Assembly: GCA_965202625.1 (NCBI GenBank) | Contig: CBDBBI010000010.1 | Coordinates: 2,784,001-2,848,000, forward strand | Direction: 5' to 3' | From: a bacterium | GTDB lineage: Bacteria > UBA8248 | Length of the DNA: 64,000 nt | Shown here: positions 29,565-39,099 of the stretch, one piece after another | Position numbering within the stretch: position 1 is the first letter of the stretch | Layout: each line of letters starts with the position of its first letter | Position numbers and translations under genes: made by a program | Notes under the pieces: model-generated | What the model was told of the DNA's origin: nothing | The model's input: the letters and a program-made list of their open reading frames with translations, nothing else | Database searches by the model: none

Positions 29565-30341
29565 TCAGCGGTTCTCATCCTGCGTTTCGATCAGGCTGGC
29601 GAGATATCTTTCCATCTCCACGAAATCCGGTGCCAGAATGTCGCGGGGACGCTTCAAATCAATCTTCACCTCCTCGGTGATGCGGCCCGGCCGCGCGCTC
29701 ATGACGATGACGCGGTCGGCGAGAAAGGCGGCCTCGCGCACGTCGTGGGTGATGAACATGACCGTTTTTTTCGTCTTCTCCCACACGTCGACGAGCACGC
29801 GCTGGAGTGCGGAGCGCGTCTGGGCGTCGAGGGCGCCGAAGGGCTCGTCCATGAGCAGAAGTTCCGGCTCCAGGGCGAGCGCCCGGGCGATGGCCACTCG
29901 CTGGCGCATTCCGCCCGATAGCCGGTTGGGAAAGGTTTTCTCGAATCCCTGGAGCGACATGAGACGGATGTAGTGATTCGCGATTCCCTCGTGCTTGCTC
30001 TCAGGAATTCTTTTCTGCCGGACTCCGTAGAGGATGTTGGAGCGCACGTCCTGCCAGGGGAAGAGGGCGAAGTCCTGGAACACGACTCCCCGGTTGAGAC
30101 CCGGGCCCGACAGCGGTTTGCCGTCCAGCGTGATCTCGCCGGCCGACTTGGGGTACAAGCCCGCCAGAATCATCAGCATGGTGGATTTTCCGCATCCGCT
30201 GGGGCCGATGATGCAGACGAACTCGTTGTCCTGAATCTCGATGTTGACGTCGTCGATGGCGCGTATCTCGCGAACGCTGCCAAAGCCCTCGTTGACGGAG
30301 AACGTTTTCCGAAGCCCCTGAATCGAGAGTTTTGACGCCAT
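29565..30341 (-). CDS. NitT/TauT family ABC ATPase
   Basis: GPSGCGKST, LSGGMRQR, DEPFGALD; start reassigned to ATG 30341. Confidence 0.9.
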   Translation of the reverse strand: MASKLSIQGLRKTFSVNEGFGSVREIRAIDDVNIEIQDNEFVCIIGPSGCGKSTMLMILAGLYPKSAGEITLDGKPLSGPGLNRGVVFQDFALFPWQDVRSNILYGVRQKRIPESKHEGIANHYIRLMSLQGFEKTFPNRLSGGMRQRVAIARALALEPELLLMDEPFGALDAQTRSALQRVLVDVWEKTKKTVMFITHDVREAAFLADRVIVMSARPGRITEEVKIDLKRPRDILAPDFVEMERYLASLIETQDENR

Positions 30342-30518
30342 GACAGCTCCTTGAGGCGCACTTGGACGCATCCGCCTGAAGAGCAAACGCCGACCGCGGC
30401 GAACGATTGGTGATGGACGCATTATAGGGGCGGAATGGATGGATGTAAAAGGGGGGGCCATGCGCAAGCGAAAACGCCGCGACCGAAGCGGCCGCGGCGT
30501 TCAATCGGCGAGGCGGAG

Positions 30519-30830
30519 CTAGCGCAGCACGTTGCCCTCTTTGCGCGGCGGATCGTTCGCCGGACGAGGCTCGACCGGCTCGTTGTTTTTGAAGTCGGGG
30601 GCGAGCTCCGCGTTGATGGCCGCCCATGCGGGATCGTCATCCTCGGTTTCCAGGATGGCGTCAATCGGGCACTCTGGCTGGCAAACGCCGCAGTCGATGC
30701 ACTCCTCAGGATCGATGATCAGGAAGGGTTCTCCCTTGTACTCGCCTGGGTGCATACAGTCCACTGGACAGACGCTCACGCACGTCGCGTAGCGTTCGCC
30801 CAGGCATTTCTCCCCGATGACAAATGTCAT
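30519..30830 (-). CDS. Dicluster (7Fe-type, FdxA-like) ferredoxin
   Basis: C..CVSVCPVDC and CIDCGVCQPECP. Confidence 0.9.
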   Translation of the reverse strand: MTFVIGEKCLGERYATCVSVCPVDCMHPGEYKGEPFLIIDPEECIDCGVCQPECPIDAILETEDDDPAWAAINAELAPDFKNNEPVEPRPANDPPRKEGNVLR

Positions 30831-31338
30831 GGATGATTCCCTCCTTCAGATGATGAAAATTCCTGCCGATTTAAACCCGGAGAGAATGACGCTCCGGCGA
30901 TTCGTCGTTCCCCGACTCCCGTTTCTCCTGCGACACCTCAAGCGCGTCGAATGCTACCAGATGCCATTCAGGAAAATCAAGGGTCGGGACCCACAAATTT
31001 CAGAATCGGCTGAGCCAGGCCGCGCTTTATTCCGCGGGCTTCGGGGAGGCGTCGAAAATTCTTCCGGGCACCAGGAGCAGACGGATGCGAAGCGGACCTG
31101 CGGGAACGATGGGAGCATGACGCCGGCCGGGACGGTTCCGCTGTGCGGGATGGAGGGCGGACGAGTCCGATGCGCCGCGCGAGAACAGGCACCTTCAGGG
31201 AAGGCGGCGCGGCGCGCGGCTGGGCCGGAAAGCGTGATAAACACGAAGAGACGTATCAGATGAAGCGCGCCTACCTCCTCCTCTGGACGGACAGGAGAGA
31301 GCGGACGCGCGCATTCGAAACGTGAAGGGGCGGAGGAT

Positions 31339-31800
31339 TTAGTTCGCCACCCTCAGCCGGTAATCGGGCGTCGGGTTCAGGGGGCATGAATAATAATAAT
31401 CCCCCGCTTTCAGGGTGATGGGGTAGTCCTGCGTTTTCCCCTTCACGAGGCCGCCGCCCGATATTTTCGGCAGAGTGAAGCGTCCCAGGCCCGCCCCCCG
31501 CAAATAAAAGCCGAGCGCATAGGGCACGTTCTTGTTCGTCACCCGAAAGACGTATCGACCCGGTTTGAGCGTGATGGTCTTCGCGCTCGCCAGACGCTTC
31601 TCCTCGTTTTGGGAGTTGAGCGCCCTGCAATCGGCCGACGCCTTGGTCTTGAAGCCATGGTCCTTGCCCTCGGGCTCGGTGAATTGGCATCCCGTCTGGG
31701 TAAGGGTGATGATGGTCGGCTCGGCGTTCACGGGCGTCGATGCGAGGCACAGGGTGGACGCTGCAAAGAGAATCACAAACGCCTTTTGGATGTTTTGCAT
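31339..31800 (-). CDS. Secreted cupredoxin-fold-like protein
   Basis: Signal peptide, LKPGRYVFRVTN, LKAGDYYYSCPLNPTP. Confidence 0.6.
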   Translation of the reverse strand: MQNIQKAFVILFAASTLCLASTPVNAEPTIITLTQTGCQFTEPEGKDHGFKTKASADCRALNSQNEEKRLASAKTITLKPGRYVFRVTNKNVPYALGFYLRGAGLGRFTLPKISGGGLVKGKTQDYPITLKAGDYYYSCPLNPTPDYRLRVAN

Positions 31801-31831
31801 GGCTTTGTTTCCCCTTTGGAGTGCATTTTCC

Positions 31832-31866
31832 AAAAGTCCCCCCGGCGGAATGAAACGCCGGGGGGA
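31832..31866 (-). terminator. GC hairpin, possible terminator after the Met-rich gene
   Basis: 11-bp stem 31837-31847/31856-31866 followed by CTTTT on the minus strand. Confidence 0.45.
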
Positions 31867-31949
31867 TTGGACTGCCGGGGGGGATTGGACTGAAAGCCGG
31901 CACCGCTTTCGAGAGACGAAAGACGCTCGCTCAAAGGACGTGCGCTGGA

Positions 31950-32344
31950 CTAATTCTTCTTCTTCATCATGCCGTCTTTCTTCATCATCGCGTCATCTTT
32001 CTTCATCATGCCGTCTTTCTTCATCATGGTGCCGTCTTTCTTCATCATGGTGTCTTTTTTCATCATGTGGTCTTTCTTCATCATCGCGTCGTCTTTCTTC
32101 ATCATGCGTCGTCTTTCTTCATCATGCCGTCTTTCTTCATCATGTCTTTTTTCATCATGTGGTCTTTCTTCATCATGGTGTCTTTCTTCATCATGCCGTC
32201 TTTCTTCATCATGCCGTCTTTCTTCATCATGCCGTCTTTCTTCATCATGCCGTCTTTCTTTTCTCCGCCATATGCGAGCGAAGCATAGCTGCCAAAGCCA
32301 AGGACGAGCGCTAGGGCGGAAACAACGAGGAATCGCTTCTTCAT
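31950..32344 (-). CDS. Secreted Met-rich MxKDx-type repeat protein (16 MMKK units), 1-nt frameshift near 32105
   Basis: Signal peptide MKKRFLVV..., then (MMKKDx)n. One unit lacks a G (GACGCATG vs GACGCGATG); repeats continue to TAG at 31950. Confidence 0.8.
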
Positions 32345-32474
32345 GGTCGTTCTCCTTTGTTGGGGTTGAAGCGTTAGGGTTGTAAAGGCTTTGTCGCCTT
32401 TCGTCGAGAGGAAATTATAGCAAAAGACGAGAAGGATAAAAATGGGAAATCTTAAAGAAATCGTAAAGAAAACC

Positions 32475-33542
32475 TTAGGCGGGGAGGGTGAGCCAGACGT
32501 CGATGGTGTTTTCGTCGTATGTGGCTCCCACTTCGCCGCCATGCGTCTCGACGAGTCCCTTCACTATCGCCAGGCCGATGCCTGCCCCACCGCTTTCGCG
32601 GGAGCGCGATTTTTCCGCGCGGTAGAAACGCTGGAAAAGGAGGCTGACGTCCTCCTGGGACAAATTGTTGCAGGTGTTTGAAAAAAGTAGTTTCACCTTC
32701 TTCTCGTCCTCCTCCTCCGCCCGGACGCGGAACTTCCCCCCTTTGGGCGTGTATTGCCACCCGTTCTGGATAAGGTTTCCCAGTGCCTGGAGAATTTTGT
32801 CCCTGTCCGCCTGCACCGGCGCTATCTCGCCGTTGAAATCCGCAATCACCCGAATGCCTCTGGCCTCGAAGTCGTGCCGATGGAGTGCCAGTACCTGCTT
32901 CACCAGATGCGGCAGCTGCACCTCCGAGCGCTTGAGATAGGCTTTGGCGGCCTCGGCGCGGGTGAGTTGCTGGAAATCCTGCACCAGGCGCACGAGCCGC
33001 AGAATTTCCTCCTCCAGCATGGTGAACGTCTCATGGGTGGGCGGGATGACGCCATCGGCCAGTCCCTCCAGATAGCCGCGCACCGTGGTGAGAGGCGTTC
33101 TCAGTTCATGGGCAATGTCCACCAGCATGGTTTTTCGGAGCTTTTCGAGTTTCTCCAGGCTGTCCGCCATCTGGTTGAACGTCAGTCCGAATTCGCCGAC
33201 CTCGTCTTTCGATGAAATATCGGCGCGCGCGGTGAAATCGCCTTGCGACACCTTTTTCGAGACTTTCGCCATCTCGGAGAGCGGACGCAGCACCCTCCTG
33301 GTGAGGAGGAAGCTCAGGGCGACCGCCAGCCCCAGGGCGAGCAGGCTCGCCTTGATGAGGTAGCGGTGCACGGCGTCCAGGAACATCTGGTGCGTGTCTG
33401 TCGGCGAGATGTTGTATTTGTGCATGAGAACGGAAAAATAGTCGGCCGCGAGGAAATCGAACGCCAGCCAGACGACCAGGATGACGAGTCCTATGACGGG
33501 CAGGTTGATGGCCAGCAGCTTCCAGAGCAGTCGGCTTCTCAT
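32475..33542 (-). CDS. HAMP sensor histidine kinase (BaeS-like)
   Basis: 2 TM helices, HAMP, AHELRTPL, NLIQN, GAGIGL. Confidence 0.9.
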   Translation of the reverse strand: MRSRLLWKLLAINLPVIGLVILVVWLAFDFLAADYFSVLMHKYNISPTDTHQMFLDAVHRYLIKASLLALGLAVALSFLLTRRVLRPLSEMAKVSKKVSQGDFTARADISSKDEVGEFGLTFNQMADSLEKLEKLRKTMLVDIAHELRTPLTTVRGYLEGLADGVIPPTHETFTMLEEEILRLVRLVQDFQQLTRAEAAKAYLKRSEVQLPHLVKQVLALHRHDFEARGIRVIADFNGEIAPVQADRDKILQALGNLIQNGWQYTPKGGKFRVRAEEEDEKKVKLLFSNTCNNLSQEDVSLLFQRFYRAEKSRSRESGGAGIGLAIVKGLVETHGGEVGATYDENTIDVWLTLPA

Positions 33543-33544
33543 GC

Positions 33545-34258
33545 CTAGATGGCCGCGTGACTTTCCGATTCAGCGAAGCGATAGCCCACGCCGCGCACGG
33601 TGAGGATGAGCCGGGGATCGGAAGGGTCGCGCTCGATTTTCTGCCGCAGTTTCCCGATGTGAACGTCCACCACGCGATCCACCACCGCGTCGGCCGTCCG
33701 GTAGAGTTTGGTGAGCAGCTCATCGCGCGAGAATACGCGCCCCGGAACGCTCATGAGCGTTTGCAGGAGCACGTATTCCGATGGGGTGAGCGCTACGGTC
33801 TCCCCGTTTTGGGTGAGTTTGCGCTTCTCGGGCTCCATGAGCAGATTGCCGAAGGAGAGGTCCGTTCTCTCTCGGGCGGTCGTCCGCTTCGCGCGCCTGA
33901 GAATGGCCTTGACGCGCTCGTTGAGCTCTCTTGGGCTGAATGGCTTGACGACGTAATCATCCGCCCCCAGCGAGAAGCCCAGAAGCCTGTCCGCCTCCTC
34001 CGCCTTGGCCGTGAGAATCAGGATGGGCACGTCGGAATTGCCTCTGATCCGCCGGCACGCCTCCCAGCCGTCCATGCGCGGAAGCATCAGGTCGAGCACG
34101 ACGAGGACGGGTCCGTGCTGACGGGCGAGTGCCACCGCGCGCTCCCCGTCATGGGCGATGATGGTGTCGAAGCCCTCCCGACCCAGATACTCGTCAATCA
34201 GCGATGCGATGTTCTTCTCATCCTCGACGATGAGGATGGCGCCTTTCCCCTTTGTCAT
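33545..34258 (-). CDS. OmpR family response regulator
   Basis: IVEDE, LDLMLP, GADDYVVKPF, TVRGVGY; start reassigned to ATG 34258. Confidence 0.9.
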   Translation of the reverse strand: MTKGKGAILIVEDEKNIASLIDEYLGREGFDTIIAHDGERAVALARQHGPVLVVLDLMLPRMDGWEACRRIRGNSDVPILILTAKAEEADRLLGFSLGADDYVVKPFSPRELNERVKAILRRAKRTTARERTDLSFGNLLMEPEKRKLTQNGETVALTPSEYVLLQTLMSVPGRVFSRDELLTKLYRTADAVVDRVVDVHIGKLRQKIERDPSDPRLILTVRGVGYRFAESESHAAI

Positions 34259-34443
34259 CTCGCGTCTTTCCGCCTTCCGCCCCAAAGCCGGACCCCTGGG
34301 ATATCGGCGCGCGCGGAGGCGTGGAATCAAGATTCGGTAAAAATTTTCTCCTTCCGCTCCAGGCGGATGCGGAGAGGGGGCCGGCGGTGCGCCGCTTTGG
34401 CCTTCACGCCCCCCGCCGGGGTTGCGCCCAGGCACTTCCCGTA

Positions 34444-35331
34444 TCAGGCAAGGCCCATCAAGCGGGCGGGGTTTCGCTGGACCATCCAGCGAATCTCCTC
34501 CTCCTCAAGCCCCAGGCGCAGCATCGTGGCGATGAACATCCGCAGCATTTCCGTCGGCGGGGGGTTGAGGTCGAGTTGCGCGTCCGTGCTCATCACGCAT
34601 CGCTCGGCGCGGAGGGTGCGCGCGGTTTTCGCCACCTCCTGCGGGTCGAGGTCGCGCCACATCGGAAAGGCGGATATCCACGTGAACTCGATGACGTAGC
34701 CCAGGTCCGCCACCTCCCGCAGCTGCGCCTCGCTCGCGTTGACGATGGAGATGATCGGATGGGTGAAGATGAATTTTTTCAGCCCGATCTCCTTCGCCCG
34801 CCGCGCGAGGGCGACGCTCTCATCCGCGGACAGGTGGCCGGTGGCCACTGCGGCGTCCGCGTCCCGGACAATTTCCAGAATGGCGTCCGCCTCTGGCGAC
34901 ACCACTCCGTTTTCGTCCAGGACGGTGAGGCCGCGCGCCGGCGGAGGCTGTCGATAGGCTTCCGCGATGCGTTTGCTGTAGGCGCCCACCTTGACGTCGT
35001 TCGCCGCGGAGTAGGTGGGCATCCAGATGACCTTGGCGCCGAGGCGCACCGCGCTTTCCGCCGCAAAGGGCGAGAGCCCGCCCACGTTGGCGTTCAGGGT
35101 GATGGCGCCGAAGGCGGTGACGCCCGGATACACCTCGTTCAGCACTCTGGCCTGGGCGACGGTAGGCCATAGATGGCTCTTCATCACGAAGCCCCTCATG
35201 CCGACTTCGCGCGCGAGCTGGGCCCATTCATGGTCCAGCACGCGCCCCGGCTCCTCCACGAATACCTGCGGGAAGATGTGGGCGTGAACGTCAATGGCGC
35301 CCTCCAGGAGCTCGTCAGCCTTGGTGCGCAT
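34444..35331 (-). CDS. Amidohydrolase-fold protein (DUF6282-like)
   Basis: AIDVHAH, MKSH, WMPT, ATGHLS, THP, STD. Confidence 0.7.
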   Translation of the reverse strand: MRTKADELLEGAIDVHAHIFPQVFVEEPGRVLDHEWAQLAREVGMRGFVMKSHLWPTVAQARVLNEVYPGVTAFGAITLNANVGGLSPFAAESAVRLGAKVIWMPTYSAANDVKVGAYSKRIAEAYRQPPPARGLTVLDENGVVSPEADAILEIVRDADAAVATGHLSADESVALARRAKEIGLKKFIFTHPIISIVNASEAQLREVADLGYVIEFTWISAFPMWRDLDPQEVAKTARTLRAERCVMSTDAQLDLNPPPTEMLRMFIATMLRLGLEEEEIRWMVQRNPARLMGLA

Positions 35332-35559
35332 GAGTAAAAACCCTCCGAACGTTGACGGCGCGCGCGCGCGTCGATAGCGTCTTTCAGGAGCGCATCCCCC
35401 TTCTCGCGCACGAAAAAACTCACCCCATGCTGACGGGATGGCGGAGAGGGATGAAAAGCCCCATCATGCGGCATGAAAGGCGCGCCGGGCAAGCCGGTTC
35501 GCGCGGTGTTCCCGTTTTTCTGGGTGAGACGGGGCGATTTTTCGGAAGGAGGGTTTCTC

Positions 35560-36690
35560 ATGTTCCCAAGCCATCGTATCGGAACGCCGGTGCGCCGGAT
35601 CGAAACGCCCGCCCTGCTGATCGATCTCGACGTCATGGAGGAGAACCTCGCTTTGATGGCGGAGCGCCTGGAGGGGGCGAACGTCCGGCTTCGCGCCCAC
35701 GCGAAGACGCACAAGAGTCCCTGGATCGCCAGAAAACAGATTGCGCTCGGCGCAGTGGGCGTGTGCTGTCAGAAGGTGAGCGAGGCCGAGGTGATGATAG
35801 CGGGCGGGGTGGAGGACGTGCTCGTGAGCAGCGAGGTCACTGCGGCCTCCAAACTGGGCCGCCTGGCCGCCCTCGCGCGCCACGCGCGGCTGATGGTGGT
35901 GGTGGATCATCCCGAGGGCGCGCGAATGCTCTCCGAGGCGATGGCGGCGGCGGGCGGAGAGATTGGCGTGCTCATCGACGTGGACGTGGGGCAGGGGCGC
36001 TGCGGAGTGGCGCCGGGCGCTGCGGCGGCAGAGCTGGCCCGGCGCGTGGACGCGATGCGGGGGCTCGACTTGCGTGGAATCCAAGCCTATCAGGGCGCGG
36101 CCCAGCACGTGGACGGGTTCGTCGAGCGGCGCGCGGTCTACGCCGAGGCGATAGGGCTGATGGGGGAAACTATCGCCGCGTTCGACGCCGCTGGACTTCC
36201 GACGGACGTCAGGAGCGGCGGCGGTACGGGTTCCTGGCGATGGGACGCGGAATCAGGCGCGCTGAACGAGCTGCAGGCGGGCAGCTATCTTTTCATGGAC
36301 TCCCACTACGGCAGCATCGGCGGCGAGAGATCGGACGTCTATGACGACTTCAGGCCCAGCCTGTTCGTGTTGACGAGCGTGGTGAGCGCGCCCGCGCCCG
36401 ATCGCGTGGTGATGGACGCCGGCCACAAGGCGCTCACCTCCGACAGCGGGCTCGCCCCCTGCCTCGAACTCGAAGGCGCCGCCCACGCAAGAGCCTCCGA
36501 TGAGCACGGCATCCTCGAACTCTCCCCATCCTCCAGGCGTCCTGAAATTGGCGAGACGCTCCTGTTCCAGCCCAGTCACTGCGACCCGACGATCAACCTC
36601 TACGACGCCTATCACGGAATTCGGGGGGGGATGGAGGAGGGCGTCCTGGAGGCGGTGATCCCCGTGGCGGCGCGCGGTTGCGTCTGGTAG
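35560..36690 (+). CDS. DSD1/D-threonine aldolase family PLP enzyme
   Basis: TPALLID, RAHAKTHKS, GRCGV, SGGGTG, ELQAGSYLFMD, SDEHG, HCDPTINL. Confidence 0.85.
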   Translation: MFPSHRIGTPVRRIETPALLIDLDVMEENLALMAERLEGANVRLRAHAKTHKSPWIARKQIALGAVGVCCQKVSEAEVMIAGGVEDVLVSSEVTAASKLGRLAALARHARLMVVVDHPEGARMLSEAMAAAGGEIGVLIDVDVGQGRCGVAPGAAAAELARRVDAMRGLDLRGIQAYQGAAQHVDGFVERRAVYAEAIGLMGETIAAFDAAGLPTDVRSGGGTGSWRWDAESGALNELQAGSYLFMDSHYGSIGGERSDVYDDFRPSLFVLTSVVSAPAPDRVVMDAGHKALTSDSGLAPCLELEGAAHARASDEHGILELSPSSRRPEIGETLLFQPSHCDPTINLYDAYHGIRGGMEEGVLEAVIPVAARGCVW

Positions 36691-36762
36691 GGCCGCACCG
36701 TCTTTTTCCGGGCGGGACTGCGCACGACGAGGTGAAGAGCGGGCGGCTTTATGCGTCCTGGG

Positions 36763-37284
36763 TTATGGCTTTCCAAACGTGGCGACCCTGTCCACGCGGC
36801 ACTCGAACAGGACGCGCTTCTCTTCGATGACGGGGTCCCGAAGCGCGTAGGGCGGATCCTGCCCCGTGTATTTCGTCCAGATGCGGTCGAGCTGCTCGCC
36901 GGCTCTCTCTCCGCCCGGCTCCCCTTCTCGGACCTCGTTGACGACCGTGCATTTGACGCTCATCCAGTGATAGGGGTTCTCGGGGTTGACGAGGAGGATC
37001 GTGAGGCGCGGGTTCGCTCTTATCCATCCGCATTTTGCCCGGTGGGCGGCGGTGTTCACCAGAATCGTGTCGCCCTCGTAGTCGAACCACATGGGCGTCA
37101 GGTTCACCCGTCCGTCCGGTCCCGTCAGTCCCAGCGTGACCGTGATCGGCATGTCCAGCAGTTGCTTGTAGATGGGGTCCAGCGCAGACAGGCCGCTCGC
37201 CTTTTTTCTTTCCCCCACGGCGAACTGACCCTCTTGCAGACCCTCGGATACGTCCTTGAACCGGGCTACGGTGAATTCCGCCAT
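36763..37284 (-). CDS. Pyridoxamine 5'-phosphate oxidase (PPOX) family protein
   Basis: GPDGRVNLTPMW, VNTA..RAK, NPENPY. Confidence 0.7.
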   Translation of the reverse strand: MAEFTVARFKDVSEGLQEGQFAVGERKKASGLSALDPIYKQLLDMPITVTLGLTGPDGRVNLTPMWFDYEGDTILVNTAAHRAKCGWIRANPRLTILLVNPENPYHWMSVKCTVVNEVREGEPGGERAGEQLDRIWTKYTGQDPPYALRDPVIEEKRVLFECRVDRVATFGKP

Positions 37285-37362
37285 CGCGCGCCTCCTCCCC
37301 ATGAGAAAAAGTGAATTTCGGAAAGGCTAGCAAAGGGGATGCGGCGCGACAAGGGGAGTCGC

Positions 37363-38220
37363 CTATCTTGCCGCGCGCCTCGCGCAGCGAAAGCCCACGA
37401 TCTTCCACCGTATGAGGCCATCAAGCCGAAAGCGCTCGGCACTCCTCAAATACGCGGGGCCCTCGCGCCAGGAGCCCCCTCGAATGGCGTGCATGAACCC
37501 CGAGGGCGGTCCCTGCGGGTCCTTGAGGGGCGCTTTCCGGTAGTAGAACTCGCCCCAGAAATCGTGGGTCCACTCCCAGACGCCGCCCGCCATGGAGCGC
37601 GCCCCATAGGGCGATTCGCCGCCCGGCTTCCCGCCCACGGGCTGCGGGCGGCCGTGGCCGACGAGGGCGCGATCAAAGGAATCGCCCCAGGGGTAGCGTC
37701 TGGCGTCAACGCCCCTCGCCGCTTTTTCCCATTCCGCTTCCGTGGGCAGGCGCTTGCCCGCCCAGGCGCAGTAGGTTTTGGCGTCGAACCAGGAGACGCC
37801 CACGACCGGAAGGCCGGGCCGGTGGAGGTTGCTGTCTCCGGCGTATTTTGATTTCCGGTGTCCCGTGGCTTTCCGAAACCTCTCCCAATGGAAAACAGAT
37901 ACCTCGTCCCGGTCTATCCAGAACGCGGAGATGAACACCTTTCGCACGGGAAGCTCCTGGGGGTTCCCGTCGTATGACCCCTGGGTGAAGAGGCCGCCTG
38001 GCACGAATGCCATCCAGCGGCCGTCTTTTGTCCCAGGAGGCTTTTGGACGAGGGGAACGGGGGACGGGGAGAGGGCGATCTCATGCCTGCGCGCGCGCCG
38101 CTCTCCCTCTGCCGCGGAGGGTCTCGCTTTCATGGGAGTCAGGAAAGAAGCGTTCCCCTGCCCGGAAGCCGTGAGCAGAACGAGGACGAGGGCGAGGAGC
38201 GAAAATCCGAGGCGCGCCAC
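37363..38220 (-). CDS. Exported FGE-sulfatase (SUMF1/PvdO/NirV-fold) protein lacking catalytic cysteines
   Basis: Signal-like N-terminus from GTG 38220, FTQGS, PVVGVSW, RLPTEAEWEKAARG, MAGGVWEW, RGGSW, VGFRC. Confidence 0.85.
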   Translation of the reverse strand: MARLGFSLLALVLVLLTASGQGNASFLTPMKARPSAAEGERRARRHEIALSPSPVPLVQKPPGTKDGRWMAFVPGGLFTQGSYDGNPQELPVRKVFISAFWIDRDEVSVFHWERFRKATGHRKSKYAGDSNLHRPGLPVVGVSWFDAKTYCAWAGKRLPTEAEWEKAARGVDARRYPWGDSFDRALVGHGRPQPVGGKPGGESPYGARSMAGGVWEWTHDFWGEFYYRKAPLKDPQGPPSGFMHAIRGGSWREGPAYLRSAERFRLDGLIRWKIVGFRCARRAAR

Positions 38221-38227
38221 TTCCCGT

Positions 38228-39028
38228 CTATTTTCTCTTTCTGGGCCTTGCGTTGATGAACGCTTCTCGAACGTATTGGACGACCGACCAGATTTCCGCA
38301 TCGCTCAGCACGTGGCCATAAGCCTTCATGAAGTCAAATTTCTTCATCTCGGTGACGTCAATGCGGCCGAGCTTGATGAGCCAGAACAGGAACGCATCGT
38401 CGAAGCGCGCCATCTGTTCCTTGAGGCGATAGTCCATCGGCGGCGGCTGAATGTGGCTGATGAACGGCTTTTCGGGGTCCTGATCCTCCACCGGACGCGC
38501 ACCGTTGCCGGCACCGCGCGCGCCGTGGCATTGCGCGCAGGCGTCCATGAAGATTTCCTTCGTCTCCTCATCCTTCGTCTGGTCGCCGCTCGTGAAGCCG
38601 CGCTCCCATTGGATGAGCTTGCGAATCTGATCGTCCTCAAGCACCTCGCCGAACGAGGGCATGGCCGTGGGAACGCCGTTGTCGATCTTGTGCCCCTTCA
38701 TCCTGTTTTTGAGGACGTTCATCTTGCCGAATTTCACGACGGTGAAGATGTAGTCGTCCGTCATGCGCTTCATGTAGGGGCTGATGAACACCTGGGGTCT
38801 GGGCCTTGAGCTCCGCCAGCTCGGCCCCTTGCCGTCTCCTTTGATGCCGTGGCAGGAGAAGCAGATTTCCTCATAGATTTCCTTGCCCAGCCAGTAGTCT
38901 CCGCCATGCTGCCTTGCCGTATCAGGACGGGGAGGCGCCTTTTTGGCCGCAAGAGAGCCTGCCGGAGCGATGAGGCTCCACGTGAGCGTCAAGACGATCC
39001 AGCAGCCTCTACTTTTCAGAATGTCCAC
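38228..39028 (-). CDS. Diheme cytochrome c
   Basis: Signal peptide; CFSCH with TAMPSF and CAQCH with FMKAYG (likely His/Met hemes). Confidence 0.85.
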   Translation of the reverse strand: MDILKSRGCWIVLTLTWSLIAPAGSLAAKKAPPRPDTARQHGGDYWLGKEIYEEICFSCHGIKGDGKGPSWRSSRPRPQVFISPYMKRMTDDYIFTVVKFGKMNVLKNRMKGHKIDNGVPTAMPSFGEVLEDDQIRKLIQWERGFTSGDQTKDEETKEIFMDACAQCHGARGAGNGARPVEDQDPEKPFISHIQPPPMDYRLKEQMARFDDAFLFWLIKLGRIDVTEMKKFDFMKAYGHVLSDAEIWSVVQYVREAFINARPRKRK

Positions 39029-39099
39029 TTCCCCCTCGGCCTTTCTGATGGCCGCTCGACGCCAGAGGAACGCATTCAGAATTCAGCGCGCCGCACCGC

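Noticed and set aside
30840-31330. Possible small gene or ncRNA between the ferredoxin and the cupredoxin-like gene
   Set aside because: No recognisable protein motif, RBS-supported ORF or known RNA structure.
31969-32385. Plus-strand SSSCRL / FFIMPS / VFLHHA repeat ORFs
   Set aside because: Antisense readings of the MMKKD gene.
37363-37480. FGE/C-type-lectin C-terminus as a diversity-generating retroelement variable region
   Set aside because: No reverse transcriptase and no adenine-variant template repeat was seen in the window.
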